This document shows positions 27,242 to 35,740 of a stretch of 51,700 nucleotides of DNA, one piece after another. Position 1 is the first letter of the stretch. Each line of letters opens with the position of its first letter. Position numbers and translations under genes: made by a program. The notes beneath the pieces are model-generated. The model did not search any database. It was not told where the DNA came from and was given only the letters and a program-made list of their open reading frames with translations. Origin of the DNA: an uncultured Thermodesulfobacteriota bacterium (GTDB taxonomy: Bacteria; Desulfobacterota; WTBG01; CAIYCZ01; CAIRTM01); the NCBI GenBank assembly GCA_964400575.1, contig CAYNVA010000379.1:1-51700 (forward strand), written 5' to 3'.

Positions 27242-28372
27242 ATGGAAATAGAAAAGGAGATGGAAATGCTGCCTATAAACGTTCAATGCCTACCAATCAA
27301 CATTACTGCATCAAATCTTAGCCAACGGCTAAACAGCCAACCCGGCGCGTCTTCAGCAGGTCCGTTAGGACTACCGTCGGAACCAACTCTTGAGCATAAA
27401 CATCCTGCCATAGACTTCGAACAACAGAAGAGGCATCGTTGTTTAGAGCGGCTGCTGCTGCATTTGGGCCAGAGTGACCTGCCAGAAAAAGAGGTTGTTA
27501 AGCTGTACCTGCAACACAAATACCGTCAGCAGTGCCGTGCCAGTACACTCCAGTTAGTCTATACATCGATTAAGTTTTTCCTGCGTTTTATACAGCAAAA
27601 AGGCAAGACAACCCTGCAGGAGGTCACCCGTCAGGATGTAGAGGCCTTTATTGAGGTACAGCAGGACCGTGGGTCCAAGATTACCACGGTAGGACTTCGA
27701 CTTATGACGCTCAATACATTTTTTCGATTTTTGGTTGATGAAGGCCGGATGCAGGAGAAGGTGCTGTCACACAAGATTCGGCTGAAGCTTCCGGATGTGC
27801 TGCCGCGGGCCATAGATCCTGAATGCTTAAAACGGTTGACCGGTTCTATCTCCCATGTCAGAGACCGTGCACTGATCCTGCTTTTGTTGCGTACCGGGAT
27901 GCGGATCGGGGAGTTGCTCGATACCAGAGTGCAGGATATTGTCATGTCGGAGAAGAAGATTTTGATTTATGAAGCCCGCAAGACCGGCATCGGGCGGGTG
28001 GTGTACTTTAGCGACGATGCCCTGCAGGCCCTTGAGCAGTGGCTGCACAAGCGGGATGCCACCCAGCCGTTTTTGTTTTACAGCAAACAAAACCCCAGGC
28101 TTACCTATGCCGCAGCCCGTAGTGTTTTTATGAAGCATGTGCGCAAGGCAGGTTTGCCCAGCCAGGGTTATACGCTGCATCGGCTGCGCCACAGTTTTGC
28201 CAGCGAACTTCTTAATGCTGGCATGCGGCTGGAGTGCCTCCAGCCGCTTCTGGGACACACGCACATTGAAATGACCCGGCGCTATGCCCGGCTCACGGAC
28301 AAAAGTCGCGAAGAGGAATACTTCCGTGCCATGGCCATCATTGAGCAGGAGGGCATCGATGGACATTACTAA
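27242..28372 (+). CDS. tyrosine recombinase/integrase (XerC/D-like), first of pair
   Basis: An N-terminal SAM-like domain and a catalytic domain with R (LLLRTGMRIGE), HRLRHSFA, LGH and the RRY tyrosine. Confidence 0.85.
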   Translation: MEIEKEMEMLPINVQCLPINITASNLSQRLNSQPGASSAGPLGLPSEPTLEHKHPAIDFEQQKRHRCLERLLLHLGQSDLPEKEVVKLYLQHKYRQQCRASTLQLVYTSIKFFLRFIQQKGKTTLQEVTRQDVEAFIEVQQDRGSKITTVGLRLMTLNTFFRFLVDEGRMQEKVLSHKIRLKLPDVLPRAIDPECLKRLTGSISHVRDRALILLLLRTGMRIGELLDTRVQDIVMSEKKILIYEARKTGIGRVVYFSDDALQALEQWLHKRDATQPFLFYSKQNPRLTYAAARSVFMKHVRKAGLPSQGYTLHRLRHSFASELLNAGMRLECLQPLLGHTHIEMTRRYARLTDKSREEEYFRAMAIIEQEGIDGHY

Positions 28373-29246
28373 TGCAATCATAGATTACCGGCGTCATTTG
28401 AAGCGGCGCAACTGCTCGGCTCACACAATCAAGAGCTACATGAACATGCTGAAGCAGTTTGTCCTGTGGATTGACGTACCCCTTGAGCAGGCAACACGAG
28501 ATAAGCTGATAGACTATGTGGATTATCTTATCAGCAAAAAAGCAAAGCCCAAAACCATCAACTGTCACATCAGCTGCGTGCGTGCTTTTTATGAGTATCT
28601 TGAACGAGAAGAAGCACTGAAGGTGGCAAACCCAGTGCGCAAGGGGTACAGTATGCGATTGCCGCGACCGTTGCCGCGGTTTCTTAATGATGATCAAGTG
28701 GTAAAGCTCTTTGAGGTTATCAAGACACGCCGGGATCGGGCGATGTTTATGCTGATGCTCAGAACCGGTTTGCGGGTTGAAGAGGTATCCCGGTTAACTC
28801 TGGGAGCCGTTGACCTGAAGGGCAACAAAATATTTGTACATCAGGGCAAAGGCGGCAAGGATCGCGTTGTGTATATCAGCTCGGATGCACACCAGGCACT
28901 GGTTGAGTATCTGAGCCACCGGCCGGCGACGCGCTCCAAAGGCCTGTTTCTGGTTGAGAAGGGCACATGCCGGGGCAGCCCCATCTCGGTACGGGGGATT
29001 CAAAAACGGATTGAGTATTACAGTAGCAAGGCCGGGTTGAAAGTATCCTGTCACCAGTTGCGTCACACCATGGCTACCCAGCTTCTCAATGCTGATACGG
29101 GTCTGTCAACTATACAGGACCTGCTGGGCCACGAACTGATTGCAACGACACAGCGCTACTGCCGGGTATGCAATCTGAAAGTGCAGCGGGACTATCACCG
29201 GGCTATGGAGGTTGTTATGCAGAGAACACTGCCTCTGCGGCAATAA
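28359..29246 (+). CDS. tyrosine recombinase/integrase (XerC/D-like), second of pair
   Basis: ATG 28359 follows AGGAGGG and overlaps the first gene by 14 nt. Motifs: LMLRTGLRVEE, HQLRHTMA, LGH, QRY. Confidence 0.85.
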   Translation: MDITNAIIDYRRHLKRRNCSAHTIKSYMNMLKQFVLWIDVPLEQATRDKLIDYVDYLISKKAKPKTINCHISCVRAFYEYLEREEALKVANPVRKGYSMRLPRPLPRFLNDDQVVKLFEVIKTRRDRAMFMLMLRTGLRVEEVSRLTLGAVDLKGNKIFVHQGKGGKDRVVYISSDAHQALVEYLSHRPATRSKGLFLVEKGTCRGSPISVRGIQKRIEYYSSKAGLKVSCHQLRHTMATQLLNADTGLSTIQDLLGHELIATTQRYCRVCNLKVQRDYHRAMEVVMQRTLPLRQ

Positions 29247-29484
29247 CCCTGTCAGGTTACGGGCACTAACAATAGTGAATATTAGATGAAACAGTCTTGA
29301 AATAGAAAAAAAACTAAACTATAAAAAAAATGTAACCAACCATACTACCTTAGAAAAATCAGCTTTGTTACGTGTAGCGGCTCTCAATATGCACAATTTC
29401 AATACGGATAAGAGAGGGCATACCTGCCGTCCTGGGGGCTATGTTTTTCAACTTCCCAGTTGTGTATAGTCTCTCTAAGGAGGT

Positions 29485-30045
29485 TTACTCTGTCAGCAGG
29501 GTCTCAAAATCCGCCTTGTTCTGAGGATAGACCGTCTCGACGATAACCATCGCAGAGAGGAGCAGGCTGCGGGGGTTGCCGATGAAGTCTGTGATCATGT
29601 CAGAGACAATGGCCTTATATCGTTCGTAGGGCAGTGAGGTCTTCTCGATTATAGCAAAGATGTCTTCCGGATCCTGCTTGTAGAACCGTTCGAGCTTGAG
29701 TTTTATCAGCTCCTCCGGTGTTACCGAGTTCACCACCAGTGCCTTGCCGCGAAAAAGAACGACCTTCGGGGCATGCAGGAAGTCCACGGTTGAAGAGATG
29801 GTAACGATATCGACCGGAATACCCTTGCCTGAACATGCCTGCCGAAACGCAGCCGCATCTCCAACATTGGCGATGTCAATATCGGCCGTCGAACGATCGC
29901 GGATGCCCTGGAGTATGATTGAGGCCCCGCCGATCGCCGTGACGGAGATCTTCCTTTTTTTCTTCACCAGCAGAGCGTCGATCTGTGCCAGAATCCTGAG
30001 CAGGTCTTCGCGCGTCACCGCGCTTTCGTGTTTTGTCTTCCTCAT
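29485..30045 (-). CDS. minimal nucleotidyltransferase-fold protein (MNT/AbiEii-like, possible toxin)
   Basis: The AIGGASIILQGIRDRSTADIDI motif matches the GS-x-R-x-T-DxD nucleotidyltransferase signature. 186 aa. Confidence 0.5.
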   Translation of the reverse strand: MRKTKHESAVTREDLLRILAQIDALLVKKKRKISVTAIGGASIILQGIRDRSTADIDIANVGDAAAFRQACSGKGIPVDIVTISSTVDFLHAPKVVLFRGKALVVNSVTPEELIKLKLERFYKQDPEDIFAIIEKTSLPYERYKAIVSDMITDFIGNPRSLLLSAMVIVETVYPQNKADFETLLTE

Positions 30046-30467
30046 GCTGCCTTCCTGGTGCGCCTTGGGATGCGGTCGCGATAAAAACGCAGCTGAGAGA
30101 GCAAAAGCTGCGACAAAACAACCGGCCTCGTCATCTGCCAGTCCCCGAGAAAGATGAATTCCTGAGCCTCGGGGCTTGCTTCATCCAGAAATCGCACGTC
30201 ACCCAGAAGCGCGCGAAAAAAAGCAGCTCGCTCCTCGATGAGCGAGTGCATCCGAGCATCTTCAAGGAGCTTTATGCGCTGACACTCCAGCAGAGGCAAA
30301 GCCTTTTCAGTCAGCTCGTAAAAAAGGCGTCCGCTCCTGTAAGCCTTTCGGGCGAAGCCCCGACGGATAAGCTGACCCAACGCCGCACAGTCATTTTTTA
30401 CAGCCTCCCGGTGCAGCACTCCGTGGCAGGCGAAACGCCTGATAATGTTTTTATATGATACATTCAT
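30042..30467 (-). CDS. putative winged-helix regulator / antitoxin partner
   Basis: 141 aa. Its stop overlaps the downstream start by 4 nt (ATGA). A palindrome lies just upstream. Confidence 0.4.
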   Translation of the reverse strand: MNVSYKNIIRRFACHGVLHREAVKNDCAALGQLIRRGFARKAYRSGRLFYELTEKALPLLECQRIKLLEDARMHSLIEERAAFFRALLGDVRFLDEASPEAQEFIFLGDWQMTRPVVLSQLLLSQLRFYRDRIPRRTRKAA

Positions 30468-30493
30468 AACTCTAATATAGGTTGTTAAATATC

Positions 30494-30521
30494 TTAAGTC
30501 AACTTATTATAGTTAACTTAA
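30494..30521. promoter_or_regulatory. palindromic operator candidate
   Basis: ttaagtcaact-tattat-agttaacttaa (11 bp arms, 1 mismatch), 27 nt upstream of the 30467 start. Confidence 0.4.
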
Positions 30522-30623
30522 TAAAAAGAAAAAAGGGGGGGGCAGTAGTCGTATCTTCAATAGTCAAGGTTTTGGTGAAAGTCCGCATGGGTGCATATGC
30601 AGAGGCTTGGCAGCCCGGAGCAC

Positions 30624-31547
30624 TCACGCTTCCGGATATGTCTTGAAGTAATGCCCCAGAAGATCCCGGCGGCCGATAATGCCCACCACCCGGTGACGCG
30701 CGTCCACCACGGGAATGCTGCGCAGCTTGCGTGTCTGCAGCAGGCGTATTGCCTTATCGATCGTGCAGTTTTCAGGCACGCTCACTACCTCCATGGTGGC
30801 AACCTCCCGTACCCGCCGGTGCAGATTTGATTTAAAGATCAGGTCTGTCTGCGAAATAATGCCCACAAGCCTTTTGCCATCGCTGACCACCGGCAGCACA
30901 TCCACGGCATTGTCCAGAAGAAGCTGCACAGCCTGCCTGCAGGAATCATCGGCATGCACGGTTATAACAGTGCGGTTCATCGCCTCTGCGACTTTGATAT
31001 TGGCCGTGGGATGATAGCGTTTCAGTTCCAGAATCATTTCAACCTGCGGGCTGTCGGTAAAGGTCAGAAGCTCAAAACCGCACTTGTTGTAGAGATGGAG
31101 TGCTATGAAATTGGTCTTGTCCACGGACAGCCAGATTTTTGCAAAGCCGAGCTCATACCCCAGCTGGATGACGCAGCGCATCATCTGCGTGCCGATGCCG
31201 CTTTTCTGAAACGGACGTGCCACGACGATAAGCAGCTCGCATACCTTTTTCTGCATGGGAAACAGCACCGCATGACCGATCACCTGCCCGTCAAATGAGA
31301 GGGCAATAAGGCTTATGGTGCCTGTGGTGATCCGGTGCACCCATGCGACGCACTCGTTGTCATCCACGGGCGGCACGCCGCCGATAGATCCTCGCGGGCT
31401 GTAGGCACGATACATCTGCGAGAGCGACTTTAAAAACTGCGGCTCAAAGGTGCGTACGATGACCGGGCCGCCCTTTTTGTCGAGAAAGACATTGGGCGAT
31501 CGCAGGATGGTCGAGTTGTGTATGTCCGGCAAAGGCTTTGGTTCCAT
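30624..31547 (-). CDS. GNAT acetyltransferase fused to a CBS-pair domain
   Basis: The N-terminal half has the QKSGIGTQMM acetyl-CoA motif. The C-terminal half has two CBS repeats (VLPVVSDGKRLVGIISQTDL, IPVVDARHRVVGIIGRRDL). Confidence 0.75.
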   Translation of the reverse strand: MEPKPLPDIHNSTILRSPNVFLDKKGGPVIVRTFEPQFLKSLSQMYRAYSPRGSIGGVPPVDDNECVAWVHRITTGTISLIALSFDGQVIGHAVLFPMQKKVCELLIVVARPFQKSGIGTQMMRCVIQLGYELGFAKIWLSVDKTNFIALHLYNKCGFELLTFTDSPQVEMILELKRYHPTANIKVAEAMNRTVITVHADDSCRQAVQLLLDNAVDVLPVVSDGKRLVGIISQTDLIFKSNLHRRVREVATMEVVSVPENCTIDKAIRLLQTRKLRSIPVVDARHRVVGIIGRRDLLGHYFKTYPEA

Positions 31548-31641
31548 GGCTATGCCCGCAAAAAAAGCCGGGGATTGTGTCCTCAGCTTTTAGTGTAGCA
31601 CAGAAAATGGTGCAAGGGGCAGGAGTACTGACGCTGCTGTG

Positions 31642-32136
31642 TCAGCTGCCGCAGCCGCCGCAGCATGAGCCGCAGCTCGGCGCGCAGGCGTCCGTGTCGG
31701 GCTTAAGCCCGGTCTCGGCTATGCTGATGTCGAACTCGAGTGTTTTGCCCGCCAGCGGATGATTGCAGTCCATCTTGACGGTTTGCTCGCCTACGGCAAC
31801 CACCGTGGCGGGCACCGGATTGCCGGCATTGTCCTGCAGATATATCTGCATGCCTTCATCGACCTCCATGCCCTCAGGCACATTGGCCCGCGGAAAATCA
31901 AACAGAAAGTCGTCGCTGCGCTCACCATAGGCATGCTCAGGCGCAATGGTAACCGTTTTTTTATCGCCCTGGGCCATGCCCACCACCGCTGCGTCAAAGC
32001 CCGGTATCATCTGCCCTGCGCCAACGGTGAATTTCAGCGGCGAACGGCCTTCCGACGAATCGAAAATATCACCACCGGCCAGCCTCCCGGTATAATGCAC
32101 GGATATGGTGTCGCCTTTTTGTACGATAGTTGCCAT
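31642..32136 (-). CDS. slyD: FKBP-type peptidyl-prolyl isomerase, SlyD-like with Cys/Gly-rich tail
   Basis: ATG 32136 is preceded by AAGGAG. Motifs: VHYTGRL..G..FDSS and an IF-domain insert. The tail is CAPSCGSCCGGCGS. Confidence 0.8.
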   Translation of the reverse strand: MATIVQKGDTISVHYTGRLAGGDIFDSSEGRSPLKFTVGAGQMIPGFDAAVVGMAQGDKKTVTIAPEHAYGERSDDFLFDFPRANVPEGMEVDEGMQIYLQDNAGNPVPATVVAVGEQTVKMDCNHPLAGKTLEFDISIAETGLKPDTDACAPSCGSCCGGCGS

Positions 32137-32395
32137 GTGTTTCTCCTTCATAATAATCATAATAAGTGTATCTGCCTCTGCCGATGCATCATGGGCATGC
32201 CGCAGAGCAGCGCTGCGGGTAATCGAAAAAATTTCCAGCGGGGATCCTGACAAACCGGGAAAAGTGGGGGGTGCGCGGATACCAGCAAGACACTATAATG
32301 ACTTAAAGCAAACGGTGCGGCCCAATGCCGCTTTATGCTTAAATATGACAGATTACCCGATAATGTCAAGAGCAGATGCGGCATTTCAGCGTGCA

Positions 32396-33268
32396 TTACC
32401 GGCAAAGGCCAGTATTTTCAGCAGGTTTTTGGGGTACAAGCTGGAACAGGATTATACCGTCCCACTGCGAAACCGGGAATCCGGCCTTGAGATAATTTTT
32501 TTCCATAATAACCCCGCGCTTGATCGATGCATGATACAGATCCCCATCTATCAGCAGGCCTTCATGGCCGACGATGAGACCCTGATCCCAGTTTGCTTTT
32601 TTCACGAATGCGATGCCCAGCACCCGGGGAAGCGGGGCAAGCATCTGCGGGGTAAAGCCCCTGCGGGGTATATAAGAGAACACCACCTTTTTCGTCCACA
32701 GGCCCAGCCGGTCGCCAAACAGCAGTGAGCCGTCTTTTTTGCGGTTCAGCTCAAGCTCGATTCGGCGAAGCCACTGTGGGTCGTGTACATACGCACCCGT
32801 AATTTCGGCAAAGTATTTATTGGCCGGGTCGGTGATGCGGTCTTCGGTAAAATGATAGCGCTCTGCAAAGCCGACCGTGCCGCCGCGGTAGTGCAGCAGG
32901 CGCATATGCTCCCGGGCCTCAGCTGTGCAGCGGCTGCCCGCAAAAGCCTCGATATACAAAATATACATGGTGCAGTTGGTGGCGCGGTAGGGAAGCCAGT
33001 CCGCGATTTCACTGGTGAGCGGATCGGCGACATAGGGCGCGCCCAGGTACAGCTGCGCCAGGGCCTTCACCCTGTCGTCAAATACCGGGAACCGGCGGTG
33101 CAGTTCAGGCAGCAAAGCATCCAGCTCCTTGTCCGTGCACCGCTGCACCCGTACCTGCTGCAGAAGCCCGTCAGCGGAAAAACCCCGGAGCTGTGCTGCA
33201 TCAAAACACCATGCCGCCGGGCACAAGTACAGCAGCAGACAGGCTGCTGCGGCAGTCACACGCTTCAT
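32396..33268 (-). CDS. exported hypothetical protein (possibly DUF1460/amidase-like fold)
   Basis: Strong TAAGGAGG RBS and a signal peptide. LYLGAPYVADPL resembles DUF1460 from memory only. Confidence 0.5.
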   Translation of the reverse strand: MKRVTAAAACLLLYLCPAAWCFDAAQLRGFSADGLLQQVRVQRCTDKELDALLPELHRRFPVFDDRVKALAQLYLGAPYVADPLTSEIADWLPYRATNCTMYILYIEAFAGSRCTAEAREHMRLLHYRGGTVGFAERYHFTEDRITDPANKYFAEITGAYVHDPQWLRRIELELNRKKDGSLLFGDRLGLWTKKVVFSYIPRRGFTPQMLAPLPRVLGIAFVKKANWDQGLIVGHEGLLIDGDLYHASIKRGVIMEKNYLKAGFPVSQWDGIILFQLVPQKPAENTGLCR

Positions 33269-33287
33269 ATCTCCTCCTTATGTGGCA

Positions 33288-33499
33288 CTCAACTTGACTG
33301 ACTTTCAATAAGGCATAAATAATTTAAATAGTTGCTCTGTGTAGCCAGCGCTCTCACAAGGGTAGGGAGAGCCGCAAGGGCTGAGCGAATGAAGGCGTAT
33401 GCATAAAATAAGAGCTTCTGTTATGAGCACGTAGCCCGCAGCAAGCGACCTGCCCTTGTGAGCGTATGCAACGTATTTTAAAAAATCAGTCAAGTTGAG
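33288..33499. repeat. intergenic element bounded by 14 bp perfect inverted repeats with nested inner stem
   Basis: ctcaacttgactga (33288-301) pairs with tcagtcaagttgag (33486-99). The inner arms are ctcacaaggg and cccttgtgag. Confidence 0.5.
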
Positions 33500-33604
33500 C
33501 AGGCTACTACTATGCCATATTCCCCGGATGAAGTCATTGCCTGCTTGTGCAGAACATTTTAAACAAAGCATCATACGGGCAACAGGTAAAAATCCGGGCG
33601 CGTG

Positions 33605-34735
33605 TCAGGCTTTTCCGCCCAGTGAGCGGCGCGTGAAGGCAAACACTGCGCAGTAGAGCAGGGCAGCCACGGCAAAGAGGCTTTTAGGAATGCTTATATG
33701 CATGATGAGGGCGGGCAGAAAGGGGCCTGCGATACTGCCAAGGCCGTAGCAGAACGCGGTCATGGCATTACCGCGGGGCAGCTCGGCTGCGGACAGCACA
33801 TCGGCAAGCAGTCCCACAGCCAGCGGATACAGCACGCCGACGGCAGCTCCGCCAAGGGCCAGCACCGCGGTCAGGTACATGGTAGGAGGCATGAGCGTGA
33901 CGACAAAAAAACTCGCGGCGCCAAGTCCGTAGGTGATAAGCAGCACTTTTTTAAGGCCGATGCGGTCTCCGAGCATGCCCATGAGCGGCGCAAACCCGCC
34001 ATGGCCGAACATGAAGAAAAACAGCAGCACGCTTGTCTGCATTTCGGTGAACCCATCGCGCAGGGCATACACGGGGATAAGCGCGATCAGCGCCCCTTCC
34101 ATGAAGCCCGCCATAAGCATGGCAACAACCGACAGGCGTATGCGGCGTATGAAGTTAAAATCAAGCTTGTAGTGCTGCGGTGTTTCGGGCATGGCCGGAA
34201 TGGCGCGGTACATGACCCCTGCCATAACAAGGGAAACAATGCCCGCCACGAAAAACGGCAGTCCGCGGCCGAACTGCAGCAGCCACAGCCCCGCAGGACC
34301 GAGCATGAGGCTCAAGGAAAAGGCGAAACCATACAGGCCCAGGTTGCGGCCACGGTTTTTATCGGTGCTCACGCGGTTGATAAGGGTTTCGCAGGAAATG
34401 AATGTGAGGGCGAAGAATACTCCCATCACAAACCGCAGCACAAACCACATGGGCAGGCTGAAGAGCATGCCCATGGCCGCAATGGAAAAGGCCGACACAG
34501 CAAGCCCAGTGGCGAGCGTGCGCCGGATGCCAAACAGCTCGATGCAGCGACCGGCAAGGGGCGAGCCAAGGGCAATGCCTGCAAACATGGCTGTAGCCGT
34601 AAGGCCGATAAGCGGCGTTGCCACATGCAGCTCTTCGAGAATAACCGACGAGACGGGCAACACCACGCCGAAGCCGAAGCCCGTTGCAAATGTTGCAAGC
34701 AGCACAAAGGGCAGCTGAGTGCCGGCGGGGCGCAT
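33605..34735 (-). CDS. MFS transporter
   Basis: 376 aa, about 12 TM helices, with a GRRxxxxxG-like loop (LFGIRRTLATG). Confidence 0.75.
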   Translation of the reverse strand: MRPAGTQLPFVLLATFATGFGFGVVLPVSSVILEELHVATPLIGLTATAMFAGIALGSPLAGRCIELFGIRRTLATGLAVSAFSIAAMGMLFSLPMWFVLRFVMGVFFALTFISCETLINRVSTDKNRGRNLGLYGFAFSLSLMLGPAGLWLLQFGRGLPFFVAGIVSLVMAGVMYRAIPAMPETPQHYKLDFNFIRRIRLSVVAMLMAGFMEGALIALIPVYALRDGFTEMQTSVLLFFFMFGHGGFAPLMGMLGDRIGLKKVLLITYGLGAASFFVVTLMPPTMYLTAVLALGGAAVGVLYPLAVGLLADVLSAAELPRGNAMTAFCYGLGSIAGPFLPALIMHISIPKSLFAVAALLYCAVFAFTRRSLGGKA

Positions 34736-34741
34736 GGCTTC

Positions 34742-35104
34742 TTACGGCGCAAATTCTGTTTTTGAGACCGCCTCTGATTTCACGCGGTCCAGCAGCTCGG
34801 CAAGCACGGGCTTGACATTTTCTCGTATATCCCCTGCTACGACGATGAACAGCAGATCATCGCCCGGCTTGAGCCGGCCCTGGCATGCTTCAATCAGCAC
34901 GCGGTGAATACCTGGCTTGTTTTCATATTCGGCGCGCAGCTGCTCGATGCGCCTGCGGTCGGGCCGCACCTCGATTTCGGCCACGGCAGCGCCGTCCTTG
35001 CGCGACCAGCCGCGCACCACGCCGTTATGCACCAGTATCATGCCCACTTTTTCGGAAAATCCGGGCTCCTGCTTCAGCTGCGCAATGGTTTTGCTGATAT
35101 CCAT
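34742..35104 (-). CDS. MoaE-fold (molybdopterin synthase large subunit-like) protein
   Basis: 120 aa. VHNGVVRG... and ...GDDLLFIVVAGDIRENV..LLDRVKSEA..KTE align with the MoaE pattern, but the usual AHR motif is replaced by GDIR. Confidence 0.45.
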   Translation of the reverse strand: MDISKTIAQLKQEPGFSEKVGMILVHNGVVRGWSRKDGAAVAEIEVRPDRRRIEQLRAEYENKPGIHRVLIEACQGRLKPGDDLLFIVVAGDIRENVKPVLAELLDRVKSEAVSKTEFAP

Positions 35105-35270
35105 AGATCTCCTTTATGGCTGCTATCTGTTGAAACACCTGCTACAATAAACAAGTACGGGAAACTTGACAACCTCTAATATGCAGCTTCCGGCAAGATT
35201 GCTTTTGACATGGATATTGAGCCTGTCCTATACTTTTCCCGGCAGAGACAAACGAAAGATTAAAGCTGCC

Positions 35271-35687
35271 ATGAAAAAATACGAGCTTTTTGATCACACG
35301 GCAGACATGGGCCTGCGCGTGTACGGCTCGAGCCTTGCCGGCCTTTTTGAGAATGCCGGTTTTGCTCTGTTTGACGTGCTGACCGATACGGCCCGTGTGA
35401 AGCCGCGGCAGACGCGACACTTCGAGCTGCGGCGCGACAATGTGGAAGAGCTGCTGGTGGAATGGCTCGGCAGCCTGCTGTATGCCTTTGATACAGGGGG
35501 GCTTCTGTTTAGCCGATTTTGCGTCGAGCATATTGACGATCTCTGGCTTGTGGCAACCGCGAGCGGCGAGCCCTTTGAGCCGGGCTGTCACGAAATAAAA
35601 ACCAGGCTGAAGGCGGTGACCTATCACGGTCTGTCGATCAGGCAGGAAAACGGCCTGTGGCAGGCAACCGTGGTGATGGATGTGTGA
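35271..35687 (+). CDS. archease
   Basis: The start MKKYELFDHTADMGLRVYG contains the hallmark DHTAD motif. The internal ATG 35271 is chosen. Confidence 0.85.
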   Translation: MKKYELFDHTADMGLRVYGSSLAGLFENAGFALFDVLTDTARVKPRQTRHFELRRDNVEELLVEWLGSLLYAFDTGGLLFSRFCVEHIDDLWLVATASGEPFEPGCHEIKTRLKAVTYHGLSIRQENGLWQATVVMDV

Positions 35688-35740
35688 TGCAGGCAGGGCG
35701 AGGCTGAAGGCTCTGCACTACATAACAGGACGCAGGAACT

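Larger units (their letters stand above)
27179..29377. mobile_element. compact element with two tyrosine recombinases, terminal inverted repeats and flanking 8 bp direct repeat
   Basis: IR-L tacacgtaacaaa (27179-91) pairs with IR-R tttgttacgtgta (29364-76). cggctctc occurs at 27171-78 and 29378-85. The subterminal 12-mer ctgatttttcta occurs at 27231-42 and, inverted, at 29351-62. Confidence 0.8.
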
